Positions 44,120 through 55,291 of a DNA stretch of 64,000 nucleotides are shown piece after piece. The notes below the pieces were generated by a model. It worked only from the letters and a program-made list of their open reading frames with translations, was not told the origin of the DNA and ran no database searches. The position numbers were made by a program, and so were the translations under genes. Numbering within the stretch: the stretch's first letter is position 1; every line of letters begins with the position of its first letter. Origin of the DNA: Savitreella phatthalungensis (lineage: Eukaryota); the NCBI GenBank assembly GCA_051599415.1, contig AP039689.1, forward strand, positions 186,001 to 250,000, given 5' to 3'.

Positions 44120-44640
44120 CTTGAAGTGTTACTTGATGACCGATAGGTGCATATTGGTCGTCAGCCCTTTCCCTTCGAAGAGTCCTCTGTATAAGCGGTC
44201 TGCTTGACAATGCCTGCGCCTGCGACTATGAAGCGGACAGGTTGATGAGCGGAAAGGAGGTTCTACTTGACGTGCTGGCGTGTAAGTCAAGCTATGAATC
44301 TATAGATCTGATCATGTGTTGTGGTTAGAAGGTATGTGGTGCATCCATGGATGGACATTGATCTGAGCGAGCGTGTGTACGCGTACGTATGGATGAATTT
44401 GATCGTGCATTGAACGCTGCACGTGCTTAAAACTGTATCTACCTGGCTTTAGCTGCAATTATAGCTACTACAATATGCATGGATTGTTTCTGGCTTTAGC
44501 TGGGTCAAGGGAGGAATGATACTTAGATCGACTACTAGGCTAAATGCCCAGATCACAGACTTGATAGCTTGAAGGTGTACTGAGCCTATGTTCACACAAG
44601 CTTATTCGGTGATGCTATGTCGATAGACTTACCTCACTGA

Positions 44641-44690
44641 CAGTCACTCACTCACTACTCACTCACTCACTCACTCACTACTCATTCAAC
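44641..44690. repeat. (TCAC)n tract in the MID1/promethin divergent promoter
   Basis: Read directly from the sequence. Confidence 0.8.
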
Positions 44691-45269
44691 CAAGTCATTC
44701 ACCCAGACTCATGACAGTGTGTGTCTTTGACTCTTAGCACTCCATAGCTAGTGATTGATGCATTTCAGATTAATTATTTCGGGGGTAATCATTTAGATTG
44801 ACTTTGTTGGAGAACTCAATTTACGTATGACATGTGATTTTTATACTGTTTTATAGCTAGAAGGGGTCAATCATCATTTCACGCGTTCATTTTGCGTCAT
44901 CGCGCGGCGATTTCCCTTCATTTGCTTCTATGTTAGATTTGATCTATGCGAGCTCCCAAGGTGGAATGCAACTAAGTAAGAAAGTTAGGAAAGTTAGTAA
45001 CCCAGTAAGTCAGTAAGTAAGATGGAAATCTACCTATGGCAAGTCGAGTGAGCAAAGGAGTCCAGTCACGCATCCACTCGACTAACAAGCCATACTCTAC
45101 TGATAGACTACTTAATAGCCGTCTTCCCCATCCAGCACCGAAAGAGACTACACTCACACACACCCTTTGATACACGCTCACCTTCAAGTCACAAGCTCAA
45201 AGGTCACGCTAACGATACACGTCTTCCACACATCTTCACTCCTCACTCACATTCACATCTCGAGAAAAT

Positions 45270-46079
45270 ATGTCAGCAGTCGAGCACGCACAACAGCACA
45301 TTGAAAACATCAAGCGTCGTGCCAATGAATCTACCAAAGACTTCCAAGCACGTGTAAACAATGCCGTCACCACCATCCAGGATCGTGCTCATGACATTGG
45401 TCAGCGTGACGATGTTCAGAACGTCAAGCACAGACTCGAGAGTGCTGCACACGACGCTCAGCAGCGTGGTGAGGAGGTCCGGAATGTCGCACGTGAGCGT
45501 CTCGAGGGAGGCATCGAGACTGGCAAATCCCTCTGGGCACGTTACAAGTCATTCGGACGTCGTCAGCCAGTCACAACAGCTCTCCTCACCATCCAGGGTG
45601 TCCTCGCCCTCATCCCAGTCACAGTCTTCCTCGCATTGTCCCTCGTCACCGGTCTCACCATCGCCATCACAGGTGCCCTCATCTTTGCCTCCTTCCTCCT
45701 CTTCGCTGGCAGCATTCTCCTGTTTGTCCTCAGCTTCACTGCCCTCGCAGGTCTCTTCATCTTTGGCTGGTTCCTTGCTGGCTACCTCTTCCTCGGCTGG
45801 ACGACGAACGTGCGTGACAAGGGAACTCTCCTCGAAGGCACAAAGTCGTTCCTGTATTCTGTCGATCGCGAGGTCGGAGCGAGCTTCACCGAGGCAAAGC
45901 AGTCCGCCACCAGCTGGGCGACCTCAGCCAAGGACCGTCTTCACATCTCCCACGACGGCACACACTTCCCTTCTGTCAACGAGATGAAGGAAAAGGCAGA
46001 AGACACAGCTGATCAGGCCTACGACAAGACCAAGCAGGCCGGTCAGCGTGTCAAGCAGGAAGCGTCCAAGGCAGCTTAA
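45270..46079 (+). CDS. Promethin/LDAF1-like lipid-droplet membrane protein with LEA-like hydrophilic termini
   Basis: About 70-aa uncharged hydrophobic block (PVTTALLTIQGVLALIPVTVFL...FIFGW) flanked by A/Q/E/K-rich helical repeats; strong C-ending codon bias. Confidence 0.65.
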   Translation: MSAVEHAQQHIENIKRRANESTKDFQARVNNAVTTIQDRAHDIGQRDDVQNVKHRLESAAHDAQQRGEEVRNVARERLEGGIETGKSLWARYKSFGRRQPVTTALLTIQGVLALIPVTVFLALSLVTGLTIAITGALIFASFLLFAGSILLFVLSFTALAGLFIFGWFLAGYLFLGWTTNVRDKGTLLEGTKSFLYSVDREVGASFTEAKQSATSWATSAKDRLHISHDGTHFPSVNEMKEKAEDTADQAYDKTKQAGQRVKQEASKAA

Positions 46080-46504
46080 GACGCTCCGAAAACTTTTCCT
46101 TTATTCTCTTTATCATCACGATCAACTCACACTATCTATCACACAATTCAACACTCACCAGATGATGACTGAACGACGACCCTCTATGCGCTCGTAGCAG
46201 ACACCTTCTGAGACAACGAAGACTAGTCCAAGACGGTCTTCTTCACTCTCAGTTGAGCTGATCTTCCACTCGTAGTGCACATTGCAGAAAAATCGCAATC
46301 TAGTATACTTTCAGGGCTCTCTCCCGTGTCTTGATGACGTAAAGTGTGATAAACGAAAGGGGGGTCATTGAAAGTGTATAGAAATCTACCATGCATGTGC
46401 TCGAGACTAGGAGTTGCGTTGCTCACATCTCCACCTCGTCTGTCACTGCAATGTTTATTTACTAGAACGTCTGCTGTTCTATTCATGAAGTTGTGCTCTG
46501 GGCC

Positions 46505-48350
46505 TCAAGCTTTTGCTTTCAGTTTCTTGAGGTGTTCAGCAACGAGTTCCTGCTGCTTGTGAATGGCGACTGGTGCATGTTTGAGGTACTCCATTGAGAA
46601 CTCTCCCTTTCCTGCGGTCTCCTGCCTGATGGCTGACGAGTAGCCGAACATGCTGTTAAGAGAGACCTCGCACTTGATGGTGAATTCGTCAGCACCGATA
46701 TCGGTATCGATGATGGTGGCACCTCGCTTGTTGAGGCCTCCGACAACAGAGCCCTGGAACTCGTTCGGTGCAGTCACCTGGACGTCCATCACGGGCTCGA
46801 GCACTTGCGGTCGCGCCTGCGTGAACGCTTCCTTGAACGCGTTCAGGGTAGCGATTCTGAAGGCGAGTTCAGACGAATCGACAGCGTGCGCTGCACCATC
46901 CTCCATCACCATCCGACATCCGTTGATCCGCGAACCCAGCAGGAAACCCTTCTCGATACCGTCCATGAAGCCCTTCTGGCAGGCGGCGATGTAGCCAGCT
47001 GGGATGTTTCCACCAGTCACCCGTGACTCGAACTCGACGTCTGTGCGGGAGCCGTCAGGGAGGATGATCGGTTCGGTGACTGGCTCGATGAAGCCTTCGA
47101 CTTTAGCGTACTGGCCAGCACCACCGGATTGCTTCTTGTGCACGTACGTGAACTTGACAGGCTGCTGGATCGTCTCGCGGAAGGCGACTCGCGGTTGACC
47201 TGTCGTGCAGTCGACGCCGTACTCGCGCCGCATCCGCTCGACGTAGATTTCCAGGTGGAGTTCTCCCATGCCGGAGATGATAGTCTCCTTCGACTCGTCG
47301 TCCACGTGCACTCGGAACGTTGGGTCTTCTTTCTGGAACCGATTCAATGCTTTTGAGAAGTTCGCGCTCTCCTTGCCCTTCGGCTTCAGCGATAGTGAGA
47401 TTACTGGCTCAGGAACAAACATCGATGTCATCGAGTATGCAAGTTGTCCGTCGGTGAAGGTGTCGCCGGACGAGCAGTCGACACCAAACATCGCACAGAT
47501 CTCACCGGATCCGATACTCTCGACGTCCTCCATGTCGGCACTGTGCATCCGCACGAGACGCGGCACCTTGATCTTCTTTCCAGTTTTGGCATTGGTGATG
47601 GAGCTGCCGCGCTTCAGGGTGCCCTGGTAAACGCGGATGTAGGTCAGTTGTCCGTACTTGCCTTCTTCCAGCTTGAATGCGAGTCCGACGAAAGGCTGCT
47701 CTGAGTATGGAACAAGCTTGACTTGCGCCTCTTCGCGTGACAAGTCCAGTGCCAGATTCTCCACCTCTGCGGGTGTAGGCAGGTATGAGCACACGGCATC
47801 TAGCACCGCTTGGACTCCTGTATTGGCCAGAGCAGATCCCATCAGGACAGGCGTAAACTTTCGAGCTATAGTCGCTCGTCGGATCGCTTCCGTCAGCTGC
47901 TGCTCCGTAGGCCGCTGTTCCTCCAGATAGAGTTCTGCGATGTGGTCATCGACATCTGCGAGCGTCTCCACTAGTACAGCGCGCTTCTCCTCAGCCAGCT
48001 CCACCAACTCTGTTGGCACTTCCGCCTCTCGCAAATCGACGCCCTTCGTTCCCTCGTTGTAGACTGCCTTCATCCGGAGCAGGTCGACCACACCCCTAAG
48101 TTCGTCTTCGACGCCGATCGGCACTTGCAGTGCGGCGGCTGGGATGTGAAGTTTTTGGTTGATCTGTTCGACGACGCGCCACGGGTTTGCACCGATGCGG
48201 TCCATCTTGTTGATGAATGAGATGCGCGGGACGTTGTAGCGCTTCATCTGGCGATCGACAGTGATGGTCTGTGACTGGACTCCCGAGACAGCGCAGAGTA
48301 CTAGGACTGCGCCATCGAGTACTCGCAAAGCACGCTCGACCTCGATTGTG

Positions 48351-48385
<35 letters not shown>

Positions 48386-48832
48386 GTGGTATGTATCTTC
48401 CTCGCCCGGCTGTGTTTCGCTCGGTTTGCGCCAATCGCAGTATGTCGCGGCTGACTGGATCGTGATCCCCTTCTCGCGCTCGAGGTCCATCGAGTCCATT
48501 TTTGCACCGACGTTGTCCTTGCCGCGGACCTCGTGAATGTCCTTGATCCGGCCAGTGTAGAAAAGGACACGCTCTGTGAAGGTAGTCTTACCGCTGTCGA
48601 TGTGAGCTGAGATGCCGATATTGCGCTGCCACCTGAGCGTTTCTGCGTCCTTGACGGGGATGTTGTCAAGGATAGAGCTAAGGGAGACGTCATCTGCTGA
48701 TTCCGTTCGAGCTGCTTCTGCGACCGCTGCCGCGCCGCTACTCGATAAGCGAGTGCAGCCTGAGCGACGAGCCATGAGCGAGCCGCCGAGGAGCCCGACG
48801 ACTCGCTGTCGACTCCGTAGCAGACTAGCCAT
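46505..48832 (-). CDS. MEF1: Mitochondrial elongation factor G1
   Basis: Presequence [65 protein letters not shown]. Confidence 0.97.
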
Positions 48833-49114
48833 GGCTATGTGATTTGAAGAGATGCCTCCAGTGAAGGTGCACTGCTTTTGACGTAGATTGTGATAAACTT
48901 TTTTTGTGTGGTGGTGGTCGAAAAGGGAAAAAAAAAAGTTTACATCAGCCAGATCGTGCATTCATGCATGTTTGTCAATAAGATTGAATGCAGCACCTCA
49001 ACACACTGGGCGTGTATTTGTGTGTGAGTCGAGAGAAAGAGTCAGACGCATTGAGTCCAGTAACTTTCAAGCAGTCGAGTAGTCATCATCTTCTGCCAGG
49101 TCGATTCATCATGA

Positions 49115-49810
49115 TCAGGCTGAGGCTTGTGCTTCAACTTCAGGACCGAGCTGACTTGATAGCCACTTATCCATCTGAGCTAGCTCCAAATTGCCCCGTC
49201 CGTCTTGCTCGATTGCTGATGTCTTGCTCTTTGATCGAGCTTGGGCTCTTCCCTTGGTAACTCTACCTTTCGTTGTGATTGTAGATTGTCCTGGTTGCTG
49301 TAGCAGTGGATCAGTGCTTGAGATCAGGAGACAGAGAGCTTTGTGCCAGACATTGCTCCCTGCATAGTCACTCCGTAGATGTGGCTTCTGCTTGATATCT
49401 TCGTCTTCCTCGTTTGGATAGTCTGCTGCATCGTCTTCCTCATCGCGTATGCGTACTTGGGCCAGGTCGACGGATGTCTTTGATGTCAGGACCACGTGGC
49501 GAGTGACGACATCGACGAGGAAGGCGCTTGCACGGTATCCGTCACCTTCGATCTCGTCCTTTCGGGGACGGCTCTTCTTTGCGCGCTTGCCTGTGCTGCT
49601 AGCCGATGTCGATGATGCTCCTCCTGTGCTGGAGACTCCTGGGAGTGCGTCTCGCTCCTCCGCAATCTTGCGTGTGATGATAGGTCGTAGCTGGAGGACA
49701 AGGTCTTCTAGCATGCCACGTGTGAAGTAGGAGGTGTCTGAGCCGGTGACATAGATGCGTAGCTCTAAGGTAAGCCCTCGAGAGACTCTCAGATACTTGC
49801 GCAGGGGCAT
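49115..49810 (-). CDS. Hypothetical protein, probably conserved in fungi
   Basis: 231-aa ATG ORF filling the intergenic space, with an ordered N-terminus (RKYLRVSR..TLELRIY), an acidic stretch and KPHL..DYAG. Confidence 0.75.
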   Translation of the reverse strand: MPLRKYLRVSRGLTLELRIYVTGSDTSYFTRGMLEDLVLQLRPIITRKIAEERDALPGVSSTGGASSTSASSTGKRAKKSRPRKDEIEGDGYRASAFLVDVVTRHVVLTSKTSVDLAQVRIRDEEDDAADYPNEEDEDIKQKPHLRSDYAGSNVWHKALCLLISSTDPLLQQPGQSTITTKGRVTKGRAQARSKSKTSAIEQDGRGNLELAQMDKWLSSQLGPEVEAQASA

Positions 49811-50143
49811 GACAGAGGCCCCTGACCCTTGATGCGTGCGTCTTTACTAGCAGAAGCGAACGTAGAGTGCCTATCTGAGTGGATAACTGGAAATGTAGAT
49901 AGTGATGGTTGATGGGTGATGGTGATGAGTGAGGTTGAAAGGGAGAAATGACGTTTGTTAGTGTTTGATGCACGTGAATTCAGAATCAATTCCCAATCAG
50001 GCAAATCTCAACAATGCGAGTCATCATTTAGACGGCTGCCTTCACCTTACTCCGTGCTTGAGTCCTCGGAGTCACCAATCGTCGTAGAGGTCTATATCAA
50101 GATCTTGCTGTGCTATCTACTGGTCTTTTCTGTTCTCTTCGTC

Positions 50144-51493
50144 ATGGCAAGAGAAGACATGGGTGGAATCCGTTCATTGCTGGACACAGACTTGTACAAG
50201 CTGACGATGCAGGCTGCCGTTCTACAGCACTACAGTGACGTTGATGTCTCTTACCGCTTCTTCAATCGTGCGCCTGAGCGGTCGCTCTCTCAGAATGCCT
50301 TTGAATGGCTGAGGACGCAAGTGACACGACTTGGTGAGCTGCAGGTGACAGAGGACGAGCTGGGATTCCTTCGATCCACATGCCCGTACTTGCCAGACAC
50401 CTACCTCACATACCTCCGTGACCTACGACTCCAGCCGTCTCGCGACGTCGCTCTCCACTACGAGCCTTCGACGCGTGCACTCTCAATCGACATTGCAGGC
50501 AAGTGGAAGGACACGATCCTGTACGAGATCCCATTGCTCTCGCTTGTGTCGGAGGCGTACTTCCTTCACGATGACGTTGCATGGACGCACGATGGCCAGC
50601 TTGAACGTGCTGCTCGGAAGGCTGAGCAGCTGTGTGAGGCTGGGTGTGTGTTTTCCGAGTTTGGGTCGCGGCGTCGTCGTGATTACAGGACACACGACTT
50701 GGTCATGCAGGGTTTGCTTGAAGGCGTGTCACGTGCGTCCTCTCGCGGAGCCAAAGGCACCCTCGCTGGCACCAGCAACGTCCACATGGCTCACAAGTAC
50801 AAGGTCAAGCCTATCGGCACCGTTGCCCGTAAACTCCCTGCCTCCCCTACACGGACGCCACAGCCGACTGACACAAACAGATGAGTGGTTCATGGGCACA
50901 GCAGCAGTTACCGCTGACTACGATCACGCCAACTCGACCGCCCTCCAAAGGTGGCGTCAGACGTACGGTGACGAGCTCGGCATTGCTCTCACAGACGTAA
51001 GTCCTCCTCCATTCTCGCCCACACAGACCTCCTGACCACATACTAGACATTCGGCACCTCTGCCTTTCTACGAGACTTCACACCAGAGTTGGCGAGAGCG
51101 TACGCTGGCGTTCGGCAGGACAGCGGTAGCCCCGAGAAGTTTTGTGGGGTGATGGCTTCATGGTACCGGGATCATGGGATCGATCCTCGTGACAAGACGA
51201 TTGTTTTTAGTGATTCGCTGGATGTTGATCGTGCCCGACACTTGCAGGCGGTTGCTGAGAAGGAAGGGATCAAGGCGAGTTTCGGGATAGGAACGTTCCT
51301 GACGAATGATTTCGACAAGGTCGGAACACCCGCTCAAACAACAAAGAGTCCAGCCATGAATATCGTCATCAAGCTAGCATCGGCAGCAGGCAAACCGGCA
51401 ATCAAGATCTCAGACGAACTTCACAAAAATACAGGAGATCCGGAAATGGTAGCGTTTGTGAAACGCCAGCTTGGGTACGATGACACGGCATGA
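50144..51493 (+). CDS. NPT1: Nicotinate phosphoribosyltransferase (exons 50144-50828, 50881-50996, 51047-51493)
   Basis: SLLDTDLYKLTM, SEFGSRRR, GTSNV; splicing restores GTVAHEWFM and LTDTFG; GVRQDSG, FSDSL, FGIGT, NIVIK. Confidence 0.96.
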
Positions 51494-51761
51494 GCGATAG
51501 AAGCGGGTGGCAGGTGTGGGCGAGCAGGTAGTCTTTATAGGTATGTTAGATACGACCGTTGTGGTCATGACATTGAAGGAAATGCTAGTTTGAGAGAGAT
51601 GGAGGGCAGGAATAGGATTTCGAACCTTCCTATCATCATCGTCATCGCAGTGGACGTGTCGATTGTACGCGTGAGAGTTTTTTATGAGGCGGTTGTTTCA
51701 GTCAAAAGCTGTGAAGCATATCTCGATCATCTCGATAGGATGTGCTGGGATTGTTCAAAGC

Positions 51762-52241
51762 TTAGAACTTCTGGAAGGCCTTTGCTCCCTCAGAGTGACG
51801 GTCGACGCGGAGGACGTTGAACCGGACGGTCTTGGAGAGCGGGCGGCACTGACCGACGGTGACGATGTCGCCTTCGTTGATACGGAATGCCGGAGAGGCG
51901 TGGACGGAGAAGTTCTTGTGACGCTTCTCGTACCGACGGTACTTGGAGATGAACTGGAGGTACTCGCGACGGACGACGATGGTACGTGCCATCTTTGTGG
52001 AGACGACGGTGCCGGTCAGGATACGGCCACGGATGGAGACATCACCGACGAATGGGCACTTCTTGTCAATGTACTCGCCGTTGATTGCCTCACGAGGGGT
52101 CTTGAAACCGAGACCGACCTCCTTGAACCAACGCTTTGGCTTTGCACCTGCCTTACGTGCGCCCTTGGCGTTCAGGAAGATGTTTGGCTGCTTCTGGAAA
52201 GCGGACTGCGACTGGACAACGAGCTCTGCTGCGCCAGACAT
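51762..52241 (-). CDS. RPS11: 40S ribosomal protein S11 (uS17), intronless
   Basis: [42 protein letters not shown]. Confidence 0.98.
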   Translation of the reverse strand: MSGAAELVVQSQSAFQKQPNIFLNAKGARKAGAKPKRWFKEVGLGFKTPREAINGEYIDKKCPFVGDVSIRGRILTGTVVSTKMARTIVVRREYLQFISKYRRYEKRHKNFSVHASPAFRINEGDIVTVGQCRPLSKTVRFNVLRVDRHSEGAKAFQKF

Positions 52242-52600
52242 GATTCGTCTCTGTCTATGTGTATATGTGGTTTGTCGCGCTTGAAAAGGCTAGATGAATG
52301 GCAGTCCCGGGATGAAGAGGACTGTCGAGATCTAGTTAGGGGAAAAAAGTTTACCGGAAGTGAGGTTCACGGAGAAGGTCGCGCGATTCTATGAGGAATA
52401 AGTGTTAAGGAGCGCTGAAGTCTTGATGAAGGTGGAATTGGTGAGCGTGGTGGTAGGTCAGACACGGGCTTGCAGTGGAAGAGAGGAAGATTGCCCTGTG
52501 CTGTGCTGTGTGTAGTGTGCAGTGTGCTCTGGTGGCCATAGCTGTTGGTTGCTCTCTGCCTAGGTCCAGGAGCTGGCTGAGCTTGCCTGTGGTCGTAGGA

Positions 52601-52735
52601 AGTGAGTGAGTGAGTGAGTGAGTGAGTGAGCGAGCGAGAGAGTCGACGAGTAACACAGTGAGAGAGTGAGTGAGTGGAAGAGAGAGAGAGGGAGTGAGTG
52701 ATTGAGTGAATGAGTGAGTAAGTGAGTAAGTGAGT
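52601..52735. repeat. Long (GAGT)n/(GA)n microsatellite
   Basis: Read directly from the sequence. Confidence 0.9.
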
Positions 52736-53222
52736 GCAGTGGATGTGCTACCTGACCTACCACTGGAATTCGGACCGCTGTCCCTCTGTCTCTGTCTCCG
52801 GCCCTGTATCTCTCTCTCTGGGTCGGAAACTCTCTCACTGGCTGCCTCACAAGGTCACCCAGAATTATAGATTAATTACTATTCTCATTCGAGTGGGCAA
52901 AACCCAGACTATTAAAGTTTGGCAAGTAATATTATGATCTTTATAACTTCTGGGATCATGTGTTAATGCTCAATCAACTTCGATTCCGAATTGTGAAATT
53001 CTCAAATTTTCCCGCGCTGAGAACTGATCACTTTTTCGTACGATTCCGAGTGATGCATGCTCGGTGATCAAGATGTCCTGGTCTTCAATTCCAGGTCTGG
53101 TCTGTACTACACGTAAAAGCCACATCAACCCCCTGAACAGCCGTGGCTGACAATCATCACTTTTCAAATCTAGTACGCACGTGCACAGATCAAATCTATC
53201 TTTTGTCATACTGCATCTTTGT

Positions 53223-53278
53223 AGTGAGTAAGCCAGTGAGTGAGTGAGTGAGTGAGTGTGAGCGAGTGAGTGAGTGAA
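53223..53278. repeat. (GAGT)n microsatellite upstream of SmE
   Basis: Read directly from the sequence. Confidence 0.9.
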
Positions 53279-53444
53279 TGTACAGTCAGTCTCGTACTGC
53301 ATAAAGTACACTGCATGAGTATGCATATAGCAAGCCATACATCATACAACACGGCACGGCAATCAGAGACGCGCCTCTACAGCATATACGACCACATCCA
53401 CTCTCTCTACCTTGACCCTACGCTACATCCATCCCAGTCCAATC

Positions 53445-53786
53445 ATGTCGCGTCCACAAAAGATCATGGTACCACCAATTGTATGTCCTCTCCTTCCTCT
53501 TCTATCTATTCACCCATCAAAGCTCTCTGGACTAACACACTTCTAGAACGCCATCTTTGGCTTTCTTCAACGCGCTACACCAGTCCGGATCTGGCTATAC
53601 GAACAGACTCACCAGCGGATAGAGGGTACAATTCGCGGCTTTGACGAGTTCATGAATCTGGTGCTAGACGACGCCGTCTCTGTCAGCCAATCAGAAAAGA
53701 CTCCACAGGACAAGCGTCGAAGACCACTCGGCAGGATCATGCTCAAGGGGGACAACATCAGTCTTATCCAGGCAGTCCCTTCATAA
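53445..53786 (+). CDS. SME1: Small nuclear ribonucleoprotein SmE (exons 53445-53480, 53547-53786); not in ORF track
   Basis: Spliced product reads MSRPQKIMVPPI|NAIFGFLQ...IWLYEQ...IEGTIRGFDEFMNLVLDDA...LGRIMLKGDNISLIQ. Intron GTATGT..ACTAAC..TAG. Confidence 0.96.
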
Positions 53787-53952
53787 CGTCCCACCCGAAA
53801 ACACCCCTGCCACCTACGATACTTGGGAGCGAGAGCTCAAATAGCTGGTACAGCTGTACATTATGCATAATACTTATGACGTGGAACGACAAAGAAGACA
53901 AGAAGAGATGTACGCAGTCCAGGACAACATGCAGCCAATCATCCTAGGCTCA

Positions 53953-54837
53953 TCATGCCTGGAAGACAATCGGCTGACGAACGGGTGCTGGTGCTGCTGA
54001 TTGCCTGGGAGTGTCCATGTCGAGGAGGGTCTTGTTGCCTGCGCTTGCGTACAGATCGGTCGGCAGGAATCCAATCCACTTCACATTGCCAAATCCGCCT
54101 GAATCACTTGTGTTAGTCTCCGTCGTATCATCTCTTTCCATTGCACGGCATGCAGCTGATGAAACATGATCCGCCGACTTGGATTTCTCGAACTTACCGA
54201 AATAATACACCCTCTCAGGCTTCAGTGTGTACCACGCGCTGAAGTGAATGTCCTTTCCAGGCGCCACGAGGGATGAATCAGGGTGCTTTCCCAGGAAACA
54301 TGCAGCGTGACGTTCTTGCTCCTTGCGACCTTCGACGCGCTCGAGAGAGCCGACAATGTACATGCGTCCGTGCTGGAGTGGATTCGGCTGAGAGTGATCA
54401 CGCAGCGTCAGTGTCAACTTGCTGCCGGCCTTGTAGTTGCGCGTGTTCGGTGCAATGTCGAGCACGAGCAGTGTAGGTGATCCATCGTCCGAGCAATCCG
54501 CAAAGTACTCCTTTGAATCTGTCAGTCAAATGCATTCGTGCGCAAACGCATGACCTGGAGTGAAACAGCCAAGCGAGCTCTCAGAGCCCATGACGCCTAG
54601 AGCTCCTCCAGGACAAGCGAAATCGACTGGGAAGCTTACCATGATGCCGATCGGGGCGCCGACAAGCTCTTCATCAGGTGCAACGGCCTCCTGGTAGACT
54701 GACAGCAAGACACCTTCGCTTTCGTTTGCGAGAATGCGGCGAGCATCGACGGCGGCTTCTTCCATCGTCTGACGCTGTGCGGCGCAAGCGCTTAGACAGG
54801 CAGCAGCCAGTGCGACAAATGAACGTGCAAGCATCAT
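53953..54837 (-). CDS. Secreted CREG-like / pyridoxamine-oxidase-like split-barrel protein (exons 54837-54640, 54510-54198, 54098-53953)
   Basis: Signal peptide, EAAVDARRIL, spliced GIMEYFADC..GSPT, CFLGKHPDS, VYYFGGFG..WIG. Both introns have GTAAG donors and CTRAC branch sites. Confidence 0.85.
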
Positions 54838-55213
54838 TTTCTCTTTTAAGTATGCGTCAACCGATAAATGTTATCTTTGTAGCTTCCAGATACGCACGCG
54901 CGTGTACTTGACTGTCTTGAAGCGCCGACTATCTGATCTGTTTGATAGCTTGCTTGCGTGATTATGACCCTTACAGACCTGGCTCGGCCGTCCAGGGACA
55001 TATCCTGCATGAGACGCCCTAGCCTGGTTCGATCTCGTCTAAGGTTGCCGGATCGGGCGATATCAGATTTCATCAATCAATTGAATCCTGTACGTATGCA
55101 TGCACCCATGAAAGACATCATACAATTTATTCATACATACGCACAGAGACACACACATAGACATGCTGGCAGGAGACACACAGTAAGGCAGTTGCAGTAG
55201 TCAAGGGCAATCA

Positions 55214-55250
55214 CAGTCGCAGTCTCAGTCGCAGTTTCAGTCGCAGTCAG
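55214..55250. repeat. Hexamer tandem (CAGTCG/CAGTCT/CAGTTT)x6 just upstream of WBP11
   Basis: Read directly from the sequence. Confidence 0.8.
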
Positions 55251-55291
55251 GTCCATGCATCTATATATGCAGTGACAGCCCACCAGGGAGG

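Noticed and set aside
44120..44635. Possible 5' UTR intron in MID1 (AG|GTAAGT near 44632, GCTGAC near 44165)
   Set aside because: It would be about 500 nt, far longer than other introns here, with poor branch-to-acceptor spacing; unsupported without transcript data.
51605..51635. GGTTCGAAATCC on the minus strand, resembling a tRNA T-loop or B-box
   Set aside because: It has an extra base versus consensus and no cloverleaf or A-box; it is only a short hairpin between convergent genes.
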